Source of the DNA: Nemertoderma westbladi
Taxonomy: Eukaryota > Animalia > Xenacoelomorpha
DNA: 64,000 nucleotides
Assembly (NCBI GenBank): GCA_032718475.1
Contig: JAUCBJ010000073.1
Location: 1-64,000, forward strand
Direction: 5' to 3'
Part shown: piece by piece, positions 27,101-38,401 of the stretch
How positions within the stretch are numbered: position 1 is the first letter of the stretch
Layout: each line of letters opens with the position of its first letter
Notes under the pieces: generated by a model
Database searches by the model: none
Told to the model about the DNA's origin: nothing
Seen by the model: only the letters and a program-made list of their open reading frames with translations
Position numbers and translations under genes: made by a program

Positions 27101-30100
27101 ACCGAACTAACTCAAACTGTTACCGTTTTATAATTGCAGCACACCGAACTAACTAAAACTGTTACCGTTTTATATTAGCCGCACACCGAACTAACTCAAA
27201 CTGTTACCGTTTTATATTTGCAGCACACCGAACTAACTCAAACTGTTACCGTTTTATATTTGCAGCACACCGAACTAACTCAAACTGTTACCGTTTTATT
27301 TTTGCAGCACACCGAACTAACTCAAGCTGTTACCGTTTTATATTTGCAGCACATCGAACTAACTCAAACTGTTACCGTTTTATATTTGCAGCACACCAAA
27401 CTAACTCAAACTGTTACCGTTTTATATTTGCAACACATCGAACTAACTCAAACTGTTACCGTTTTATATTTGCAGCACACCAAACTAACTCAAACTATTA
27501 CCGTTTTATATTTGCAGCACATCGTACTAACTCAAACTGTTACCGTTTTATATTTGCAGCACACCGAACTAACTTAAACTGTTACCGTTTTATATTTGCA
27601 GCACACCGAACTAACTCAAACTGTTACCGTTTTATATTAGCAGCACACCGAACTAACTCAAACTGTTACCGTTTTATATTAGCAGCACACCGAACTAACT
27701 CAAACTGTTACCGTTTTATATTTGCAGCACACCGAACTAACTCAAACTGTTACCGTTTCATATTTGCAGCACACCGAACTAACTCAACTCTTACCGTTTT
27801 ATATTTGCAGCACACAGAACTAACTCAAACTCTTACCGTTTTATATTTGCAGCACACCGAACTAACTCAAACTGTTACCGTTTTATATTTGCAGCACACC
27901 GAACTAACTCAAAAACTCTTACCGTTATATATTTGCAACATACCGAACTAACTCAAACTGTTACCGTTTTATATTTGCAGCACACCGAACTAACTCAAAC
28001 TCTTACCGTTTTATATTTACAGCACACCGAACTAACTCAAACTGTTACCGTTTTATATTTGCAGCACACCGAACTAACTCAAATTGTTACCGTTTTATAT
28101 TTGCAGCACACCGAACTAACTCAAACTGTTACTGTTTTATATTAGCAGCATATCGAACTAACTGAAACTCTTACCGTTTTATATTAGCAGCACACCGAAC
28201 TAACTCAAACTGTTACCGTTTTATATTTGCAGCACACCGAACTAACTAAAACTGTTACCGTTTTATATTAGACGCACACCGAACTAACTCAAACTCTTAC
28301 CGTTTTATATTTGCAGCACACCGAACTAACTCAAACTGTTCCGTTTTATATTAGCAGCACACCGAACTAACTCAAACTCTTACCGTTTTATATTAGCAGC
28401 ACACCGAACTAACTCAAACTCTTAGCGTTTTATATTTGCAGCACACCGAACTAACTCAAACTCTTACCGTTTTATATTAGCACCACACCGAACTAACTCA
28501 AACTCTTATCGTTATATATTTTCAGCACACCGATCTAACTCAAACTCTTACCGTTTTATATTTGCAGCACACCGAATTACTCAAACTGTTACTGTTTTAT
28601 ATTTGCAACACACCGAACTAACTCAAACTGTTACCGTTTTATATTTGCAGCACTCCGAACTAACTCAAACTGTTACCGTTTTATATTTGCAGCACACCGA
28701 ACTAACTCAAACTGTTACCGTTTTATATTTGCAGCACACCGAACTAACTCAAAATCTTACCGTTTTATATTAGCAGCACACCGAACTAACTCAAACTCTT
28801 ACCGTTTTATATTTGCAGCACACCGAACTAACTCAATCTGTTACCGTTTTATATTTGCAGCACAGCGAACTAACTATAACTGTTACCGTTTTATATTTGC
28901 AGCACACCGAACTAACTCAAACTGTTACCGTTTTATATTTGCAGCACACCGAACTAACTCAAACTGTTACCGTTTTATATTTGCAGCACACCGAACTAAC
29001 TCAAACTGTTACCGTTTTATTTTTGCAGCACACCGAACTAACTCAAGCTGTTACCGTTTTATATTTGCAGCACACCGAACTAACTCAAACTGTTACCGTT
29101 TTATATTTGCAGCACACCGAACTAACTCAAACTGTTACCGTTTTATATTTGCAGCACACCGAACTAACTCAAACTGTTACCGTTTTATATTTGCAGCACA
29201 CCGAACTAACTCAAACTGTTACCGTTTTATATTTGCAGCACACCGAACTAACTCAAACTGTTACCGTTTTATTTTTGCAGCACACCGAACTAACTCAAGC
29301 TGTTACCGTTTTATATTTGCAGCACATCGAACTAACTCAAACTGTTACCGTTTTATATTTGCAGCACACCAAACTAACTCAAACTGTTACCGTTTTATAT
29401 TTCGTGACCATAGAGCCAGAACAACACATACCACAATTTTTCAAAAAAAAAATTTTTCACCAAAATTACTCAAGATGGCGTTCTACATCTTATGTTAAAA
29501 TCCTAGACTTGTATGTCAGTTCGTTTAGGAGATATGGAAAACCAGAACAACCCACACAACATAGAAGTTGAAAACTGTTAGACGTAAAACAACACATACC
29601 ACACTTTCCCTATCATACTTTGCCAGGAAAAACACCATTCAATAGTCGAGGAATGACGTGAGTTCTTATGTTTCTGTGATAAAATCCTAGAGGTAAAACA
29701 ACACACACAGATTAGAGTTAATGTTAAATTTCAGTTTGTGTTGTTTTGCCTCTTTGGAAAATAACGAAAAAAACAGTTTTTTTCATTAACAAAATTTATT
29801 CTGAATGCTAGCCACTATTATAAAATGTGTCATTGTATCTTCCCAGACCTCTGTCGAAAAAATTAGGAGACGGGATCCATATAGAGGGAAATGAGAAGGT
29901 TTTTTGCATTTTTCTCGAAACCACATTTTTTGGTGAGTGTTGTTCTGGCTCTTTGGTCACGATTTGCAACACATCGAACTAACTCAAACTGTTACCGTTT
30001 TATATTTGCAGCACACCAAACTAACTCAAACTATTACCGTTTTATATTTGCAGCACATCGTACTAACTCAAACTGTTACCGTTTTATATTTGCAGCACAC

Positions 30101-32582
30101 CGAACTAACTTAAACTGTTACCGTTTTATATTTGCAGCACACCGAACTAACTCAAACTGTTACCGTTTTATATTAGCAGCACACCGAACTAACTCAAACT
30201 GTTACCGTTTTATATTAGCAGCACACCGAACTAACTCAAACTGTTACCGTTTTATATTTGCAGCACACCGAACTAACTCAAACTGTTACCGTTTCATATT
30301 TGCAGCACACCGAACTAACTCAACTCTTACCGTTTTATATTTGCAGCACACAGAACTAACTCAAACTCTTACCGTTTTATATTTGCAGCACACCGAACTA
30401 ACTCAAACTGTTACCGTTTTATATTTGCAGCACACCGAACTAACTCAAAAACTCTTACCGTTATATATTTGCAACATACCGAACTAACTCAAACTGTTAC
30501 CGTTTTATATTTGCAGCACACCGAACTAACTCAAACTCTTACCGTTTTATATTTACAGCACACCGAACTAACTCAAACTGTTACCGTTTTATATTTGCAG
30601 CACACCGAACTAACTCAATATGTTACCGTTTTATATTTGCAGCACAGCTAACTAACTATAACTGTTACCGTTTTATATTTGCAGCACACCGAACTAACTC
30701 AAACTGTTACCGTTTTATATTTGCAGTACTCCGAACTAACTCAAACTTTTACCGTTTTATATTTGCAGCACACCAAACTAACTCAAACTGTTACCGTTTT
30801 ATTTTTGCAGCACACCGAACTAACTCAAACTGTTACCGTTTTATATTTGCAGCACACCGAACTAACTCAAACTGTTACCGTTTTATATTTGCAGCACACC
30901 GAACTAACTCAAACTGTTACCGTTTTATATTTGCAGCACACCGACCGAACTAACTCAAACTGTTACCGTTTTATATTTGCAGCACACCGAACTAACTCAA
31001 ACTGTTACCGTTTTATATTTGCAGCACACCGAACTAACTCAAACTGTTACTGTTTTATATTTGCAACATATCGAACTAACTCAAACTCTTACCGTTTTAT
31101 ATTAGCAGCACACCGAACTAACTCAAACTGTTACCGTTTTATATTTGCAGCACACCGAACTAACTCAAACTGTTACCGTTTTATATTTGCAGCACACCGA
31201 ACTAACTCAAACTGTTACTGTTTTATATTTGCAGCACACCGAACTAACTCAAACTGTTACCGTTTATATTTGCAGCACACCGAACTAACTCAAACTGTTA
31301 CTGTTTTATATTTGCAGCATATCGAACTAACTCAAACTCTTACCGTTTTATATTAGCAGCACACCGAACTAACTCAAACTGTTACCGTTTTATATTTGCA
31401 GCACACCGAACTAACTCAAACTGTTACCGTTTTATATTAGCCGCACACCGAACTAACTCAAACTCTTACCGTTTTATATTTGCAGCACACCGAACTAACT
31501 CAAACTGTTACCGTTTTATATTAGCAGCACACCGAACTAACTCAAACTGTTACCGTTTTATATTAGCAGCACACCGAACTAACTCAAACTGTTACCGTTT
31601 TATATTGGCAGCACACCGAACTAACTCAAACTGTTACCGTTTTATATTTGCAGCACACCGAACTAACTCAAACTGTTACCGTTTTATATTTGCAGCACAC
31701 CGAACTAACTCAAACTGTTACCGTTTTATATTTGCAGCACACCGCACTAACTCAAACCGTTACCGTTTTATTTTTGCAGCACACCGAACTGCTCAAACTC
31801 TTACCATTCTATATTTGCAGCACACCTAACTAACTGAAACTATTACCGTTTTATATTTGAAACACACCGAACTAACTCAAACACTTACCGTTTTATAATT
31901 GCAGCACACCGAACTAACTCAAACTGTTACCGTTTTATATTTGCAACACACCGAACTAACTCAAACTCTTACCGTTTTATATTTACAGCACACCGAACTA
32001 ACTCAAACTCTTACCGTTTTATATTTACAGCACACCGAACTAACTCAAACTCTTACCGTTTTATATTTACAGCACACCGAACTAACTCAAACTCTTACCG
32101 TTTTATATTTACAGCATACCGAACTAACTCAAACTGTTACCGTTTTATATTTGCAGCACATCGAACTAACTCAAACTGTTACCATTTTATATTTGCAGCA
32201 CAACGAACTAACTGAAACTGTTACCGTTTTATATTTGCAGCACACCGAACTAACTCAAACTCTTACCGTTTTATATTTGCAGCACACAAGAATAACTCAA
32301 ACTGTTACCGTTTTATATTTGCAGCACACCGAACTAACTCAAACTCTTACCGTTTTATATTTGCAGCACACAAGAATAACTCAAACCGTTACCGTTCTAT
32401 TTTTACAGCACACCGAACTTACTCAAACTCTTACCGTTTTATATTTGCAGCACACAAGAATAACTCAAACTGTTACCGTTTTATATTTGCAGCACACCGA
32501 ACTAACTCAAACTCTTACCGTTTTATATTTGCAGCACACAAGAATAACTCAAACCGTTACCGTTCTATTTTTACAGCACACC
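18121..32582 (+). repeat. 42-bp satellite array (about 330 units) filling the last KDM1B intron; each unit is a copy of the 3' splice-site region
   Basis: Unit GAACTAACTCAAACTGTTACCGTTTTATATTTGCAGCACACC; runs directly into the terminal exon at TTACAG|CACACC; interrupted once by a MITE at 29403-29961; diagnostic variants recur in multi-kb blocks. Confidence 0.98.
29403..29961. mobile_element. Non-autonomous TIR element (559 bp), possibly Sola1-like, inserted in the satellite
   Basis: TIRs CGTGACCATAGAGCCAGAACAACACATACCA / TGGTGAGTGTTGTTCTGGCTCTTTGGTCACG; comparison with uninterrupted units shows ATTT duplicated (AWWT-type 4-bp TSD). The superfamily call is inference. Confidence 0.85.
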
Positions 32583-32663
32583 AACCGCAGTTTCCCCCAG
32601 ACTGTTACCGGCGCCTACCTTAGTGGAATACAAGAAGCTTCTCGAGTCGTTGTGAATACCTGA
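32577..32663 (+). CDS. KDM1B: KDM1B terminal coding exon
   Basis: TTACAG|CAC; HTNRSFPQTVTGAYLSGIQEASRVVVNT-stop continues FFAGE in phase 0 and matches the LSD2 C-terminus TNRHFPQTVTGAYLSG.REA. Confidence 0.95.
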   Translation, partial: HTNRSFPQTVTGAYLSGIQEASRVVVNT

Positions 32664-32836
32664 CGTGCAACACAATCCAATCTATTATATCAATACACCG
32701 GACCCCAACATGGACCGGTACAGTGACTCAGGTGCAATCCTTCCTATTACTATGGTTACAATACCCTAACTACAAATATTTGGATCCATTGTTTAACTTT
32801 CATACATTATATTCTCTATATTTTACATAAATAGTA

Positions 32837-32842
32837 AATAAA
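32837..32842 (+). promoter_or_regulatory. Candidate polyadenylation signal for KDM1B
   Basis: AATAAA about 175 nt after the stop codon, followed by GT/T-rich sequence. Confidence 0.55.
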
Positions 32843-33559
32843 AACTTGTAAGATTTATTACGTGTTGTTATTGTTTATCGTAGTAAGATTAATTACGTGT
32901 TGTTATTGTTTATCGTAGTATTAATTTTTAATTAATCACATTTTTCTGGAATTATTTCATTCAATATTGTAGTCCATACTCTCGCAATATTTTGTGTTTT
33001 ATAATTTCGTGTCTGTTTCGTTTAGCGCTACTTAAATACAATTGTTTAACGTATATAATTTCTTAAGTCTATTTGTTACGTGTTAGTTGGAGCAACTTCA
33101 AATTATATCTATATAAACTCCGACACAATGTCTTGATGTTGTACAATGTTGTATTTGAATCATTCAAGTAGTTTTCTTCTACTAATATTGGAACTATTTT
33201 ATAGAAATTATAAATAGTGTTTGTTATAATAATTTGAATACAATATTCCATCTAAAGTCTTATATTATATTAATCTATTCACCCCGATACTACTATACCG
33301 ATACTACCGATAATACTATAAAATATATTATAACGTGTCAACCGATTCGTACGTAGATTCTCAGCTTCCAAAAGATAAAACCTTATAATAACTAAAGCCT
33401 TAGATTATAAGACTATATAACGCACTTTATAAGACTATAACGGAAAAGAGTTTTAAATTAAATTTAAATGTAACTGATACAAAACTTTGGGAAAATTTAT
33501 AATAAATTATTTCCGGCGAGGTTTTATTATTGGAACCTGAGAATCTACGTACGAATTTG

Positions 33560-34350
33560 TCGACACGTTAATCCCGGTCTGTGCGTCAACTTCCGACACG
33601 TTAATCACGGGCTGTGCGTCAGTTTCCGACACGTTAATCCCGGGCTGTGCGTCAGCTTCAGACACGTTAATCCCAGGCTGTGCGTCAGCTTCCGACACGT
33701 TAATCCCGGGCTGTGCTTCAGCTTCCTACACGTTAATCCCGGGCTGTGCGACAGCTTCCGACACGTTAATCCCGGGCTGTGCGTCAGCTTCCGACACGTT
33801 AATCCCAGGCTGTGCGTCAGCTTCCGACACGTTAATCCCAGGCCACCCGCGGCCCAGGCTACCGTCGTTAATCCCGCGAGGCTACCCGCGTCCCAGGCTA
33901 CCGTCGTTAATCCCGCGAGGCTACCCGCGTCCCAGGCTACCGTCGTTAATCCCGCGAGGCCACCCGCGTCCCAGGCTACCGTCGTTAATCCCACGAGGCC
34001 AACCGCGTCCCAGGCTACCGTCGTTAATCCCAGGCCACCCGCGTCCCAGGCTACCGTCGTTAATCGCGCGAGGCCACCCGCGTCCCAGGCTACCGTCGTT
34101 AATCGCGCGAGGCCACCCGCGTCCCAGGCTACCGTCGTTAATCCCACGAGGCCACCCGCGTCCCAGGCTACCGTCGTTAATCCCGCGAGGCCACCCACAT
34201 CCCAGGCTACCGTCGTTAATCCCGCGAGGCCACCCGCGCCCCAGGCTACCGTCGTTAATCCCGCGAGGCCACCCACATCCCAGGCTACCGTCGTTAATCC
34301 CGCGAGGCCACCCGCGCCCCAGGCTACCGTCGTTAATCCCGCGAGGCTAC
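33560..34350. repeat. Compound GC-rich minisatellite: 33-bp units followed by 39-bp units
   Basis: CCGACACGTTAATCCCGGGCTGTGCGTCAGCTT to about 33840, then GGCTACCGTCGTTAATCCCGCGAGGCCACCCGCGTCCCA; shared core CGTTAATCCC. Confidence 0.93.
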
Positions 34351-34545
34351 ATGGACAGGTTTATTCTGGGCAAAACAGTAAACGAGAGTCAAGTGCGGAG
34401 GTTAAAGTTTCATTTGTAAATAATAATAACTAGTACGGGCTCTGTAGAGCCCTGTAGGGCTCTGTAGATCCCTGTAGGGCTCTGTAGAGCTCTGTAGGGC
34501 TCTGTAGATCCCTTTAGGGCTCTGTAGAGCTCTGTAGGGCTCTGT

Positions 34546-37500
34546 CAGGGCCTTCATAAAATAACAGGCCTGGACACAGAGCTGCCCTCAAAAAAATAAG
34601 AGGCCAAGTAGGAAGTGTTACTTCATTTCACTCTATGATCATGGGACCAACACATATCAGTACTATATCGTGTATGGGGAATTTAATGGACACATTTTTA
34701 AGTCACAGTTACCATAGCAACAGTGACTTTCTCCTTAGCAATGGGTAAACAAACAACTTTGTGGCCATTGGATCAACAGAAATCAGTACTATATCGTGTA
34801 TGGGGAGTTTAATGGACACATTTTTAAGTCAGTTACCATAGCAACATAGATTTTCTCCTTAGCAACGGCTGAACTAACAAGTTTGGGGCTATGTGACCAA
34901 CACCCACCCCACTATATCGGGTATGACTTTCGCCCTAGCAACGGGTAAGTAAGGGCTCTTTTTCGTTATCTGTATGCTATATACAGTAGCCTATACATCT
35001 ATATCTATCTATATATCTATATCTATCTATAAGTATAAAGCCATTTCGTTATAAAGTAAGCTAACTTTTTATTGATGATACCATTAATATCTGATAATAA
35101 TTTATTGATATTACGTGAATGATTAATTAAACATTTACTTTATTTTCTGAACTGACATTAAAGATTGCGTTTCATAGATAAATTATACAAAAAGAATTAG
35201 TATTTCGATCATGTTTGTAAAATGTTGACGTAAATAGTTCCATCATCCAACACTTTTCAACTTTTTGAGTTTTTTGTCGTCAGCTATCTGCTTTTTCCGT
35301 TTTGCTGATTCGTTTGTGACGTTTTTTCTGAAATTATTGAGAAGAATATTAGACAGCCGGCCCTGCAACGATGTTCCCTCACCCATTTTGTGACCACTTT
35401 TACACTTTGACATGCCGAGCAGCTGTCCAAATAATGCAACTAATAATTTCCGTGGTGCTTTACTGGACAGGAATTTATTTCGTGTACTTGCTTCAGTCAT
35501 CAACAGCTTTAGGCTTGCGAGACATCGTGAAACATATAATACAAGCCACTTACAAGGAACAGTGAGTTTTCCTCTGTCAATCATCGTAGTATATTGAAAT
35601 GACTTATCGAGGTAAATTGTTAAGTCATTGTCAGTTAGTTCAGCTTTGCAATCATCACATTTAATCTTATGTTTGATTCTGAAAGCTAACACTCCAGCCA
35701 AGTATATTACCACCATTGCATCATTTTCGGATTCTTCCTCTAGTAGACAGTCAACTTGTGGGTTACCCAGTATTGTATTTATAATATCATAATCTTCACT
35801 AGTTAGACTGCTCTCACTACCATCACCTTTAAATTGATCCAGAAATGAGGAAAGAGTTAGATTGAAATTGCGCTGATTCGATTGGAACAACTTTATGAGT
35901 GACTTCAGCTTTAGTTTTCGTTCAGAACAAATGATCTCGTACACACTGATGAGATAGGAGCACCCACTCATCCTCCGAAATAGAGCAAAAAGGTGTTCTA
36001 TTGCATCGTTCTGAAAACGTCCAGGTAAAATATACTTGTATAGTATAGATCAATATTGTAATTTGACAATGTTGTTACTTTCATCATCATGGACATAAGT
36101 AATTTCATTCCAGTCTGCAGTGATTGTGTTGGTAGATACTTTGTCTTTAACTTTTTCTTTAAAAAAACAGGTATTGTCAAATATTGTTCCTCTCGAATCA
36201 TCGTCAGTTGAAATCACTTCAACATTGGCATCCACATCATTCGCTTCATGGTTCTCCAAATCATCAATGTTGAAGTTCCAATCTGATGTAGTTGGAAGTA
36301 TATTTTTAATGTAAACCGTTGGTGTTGTTAGGAGCTTTGTAAATGGTGGGACAATTAACTCAATGGGATCAGGAAAAGTGACTAAACCTTTGTTTACAAA
36401 GTTATTGCGGAAGCATTTTATTTCATGCACTGGATCTCCCATATTAAATAAAACTCTGCCAGTAAAGGGATTTATTATCACAGCTCCTCCAATAGCCTCT
36501 GTGGCGCTATGATTCGTTCGATTACCATCCAGGATGAGAGCAATAGCATTCAGAGTACATACATGCAGTACTTTCAAACTTTCCATGATAGCATTCTTGA
36601 GAATATCTGTATTAAGGTTAACCACTGGTTTCATCATCACCACTTCCTTTTCTTTACTGCGCAGAAAAACTACCTGCATGACCAAGAGTGTTTTTGCCAA
36701 ATACTCACATACATCATTCTCACAAGGTATAGGGATTGGCCCTTCAGGTAATCCAAATAGTTTTCCTTCATTGTACATTAATTTGGCTTGTACATAAACT
36801 TCGTCTATCTGCAGAATACAGTCATAGTCACGAAGGTGAGAAAATCTCGACGACCAGTAAGATTGAGCCTCTCCAATTCCACTAACTAATCTTCTAAGAT
36901 GACGCTCACTAGGAAAATATAGTAACTCTGACAGTTCGCGATAAGCAGCAGCGGAAATTGCATGCAAAATCACCGAGAAACACAATAAGTCAGCTAGTTT
37001 ACCAAAACGGTGACGATTTGGAGGAGTGCAGCTTAACTCAATTTGATCTGCGCACAATCTAAATAACTTACTTTGCTTTTCATCAACTACCTTATCTGAA
37101 AGTCCCTGTAGGTCTTTCACAACGCTTTCTATTGTAGCATTATGTATTTCATTCCATTCGACTTCTTTGGCAAAGGTTAACACACTATTCAATTCACTAT
37201 ATCGAGAGATCTTCTCCCATTTTGTCAAGTGCCCCGGCAACGTAATTTTCTTACCGTTAACGAAAACTTTCACCATGCCATTGCTGTCTAAACTGACTAA
37301 AGAACCAGCTTCGCTTTCACCATGCTCTCCAAAAAGGTGAACGACATTTTCATTATTTTGGATTAAGTTATAGAATAGCTTGTTTGGTTCAGATAGTTCG
37401 CCCTCATCGAATTGAGATGTGGACACTATTATGTCACTTGACAAAAACTCTCTGATCTCCGCATCTAGTCTTTCACCCTCATCTTCTCTTCTCTGCAGTT

Positions 37501-37968
37501 GATGCAAATGAATTTGAGCTTGCTTCCACATTACCCCGGCACGAAAACGGTGTTGCATCTCTATGAAGGCGCATTCTTTGCCCTGTTCCAATCACATGAC
37601 TTGGAATGAAATGGTTCTCACAAACTCCCATACTATCAGTTAATGTCACTACACCATTTTCGCGTAGTGCCTCTTGCCACAACTTTCTCTTTTCGACGTT
37701 TTTTGGTGGAGCAAAAACAGTTCTCAATGCACTCCGCTGACTCCCACTTTCACAGTTATTGACACTGCAGTGTCTAACCATAATTTCAAAATTTCACAAC
37801 ACACAACAAGTATTTAATAAAATATTAAATTATTTTTGTTCTAGAACATAACTCCATTGGCAATTTGTGTAAATCCTTTATGATTTTATTCTTGAAAACT
37901 TCCTACTTGGCCTCTTATTTTTTTGAGGGCAGCTCTGTGTCCAGGCCTGTTATTTTATGAAGGCCCTG
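34546..37968 (-). mobile_element. P-element-family DNA transposon, defective
   Basis: Perfect 71-bp TIRs starting CAGGGCCTTCATAAAATAAC (34546-34616 and 37898-37968); GCTCTGT on both flanks; ~125-bp subterminal direct repeats at 34640-34950; encodes a THAP-DDE transposase. Confidence 0.93.
35243..37781 (-). pseudogene. THAP-domain P-element transposase, disrupted
   Basis: THAP C2CH (CSVNNC..W..VCENHF..ATP); IDEV, LDG and DPVHEIKCFRNN; after an in-frame TGA at 36050-36052, YILPGRFQNDAIEHLFALFRRMSG; frame change after THAP; most of the insertion domain appears absent. Confidence 0.88.
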
Positions 37969-38203
37969 GCTCTGTAGATCCCTGTAGGGCTCTACAGAGC
38001 CCTGTAGGGCTCTGTAGAGCTCTGTAGGGCTCTGTAGAGCTCTGTAGACCGTACTCTGTACTAAACGGTTTATTTTAAATTATTTATTTTCTTGTCAAAC
38101 AATTTCTACGAAAATGCGTTTAAATATGTTCACTATGGATACAACAAATGTTATTTTTGATTTGATAGCTACGAAATAATTTATAATTTATCTTACAATA
38201 ATA

Positions 38204-38401
38204 ATGGAGGGGAGTTCAAGACCCACAAGTGTGGACCGAAGTTTGAGAAGAGAGATAACGTGTCTGACACCCTTACACGGGTTCCATACCAATAGTAGTC
38301 TTATAAAGTCAACATCGTCGCGTGAAACTGATTCTAATAATCGATTTAATTATGAATGTGGTGGTCTAGGAATGGACTATATCAAGAAGTTGCAGAATCA
38401 C
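38204..38401 (+). CDS. Exon 1 of a small uncharacterised coiled-coil-motif protein
   Basis: ATAATGG start context; 198 nt ending CAC|GTATGT; joins in phase 0 to 39820 to give DYIKKLQNH-IYLLELEIAFLR. Confidence 0.65.

Larger units (their letters stand above)
34437..38048. repeat. 10-bp minisatellite (GCTCTGTAGG-like) split in two by the P element
   Basis: Same unit at 34437-34545 and 37969-38048. Confidence 0.9.

Noticed and set aside
18229-31833. Many QHTELTQTVTVLYL ORFs as independent genes
   Set aside because: By-products of a 42-bp unit lacking stops in some frames; TTG starts; scattered stops and indels.
18121-32576. Classical recursive (ratchet) splice sites
   Set aside because: The AG in each unit is followed by CACACC, not GT, so no donor is regenerated.
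33507-34276. Minus-strand repeat protein gene
   Set aside because: Frames are bounded by stops near 34350-34370, the GINVSEADAQP frame has an internal TAG near 33727, and no convincing start or acceptor was found.
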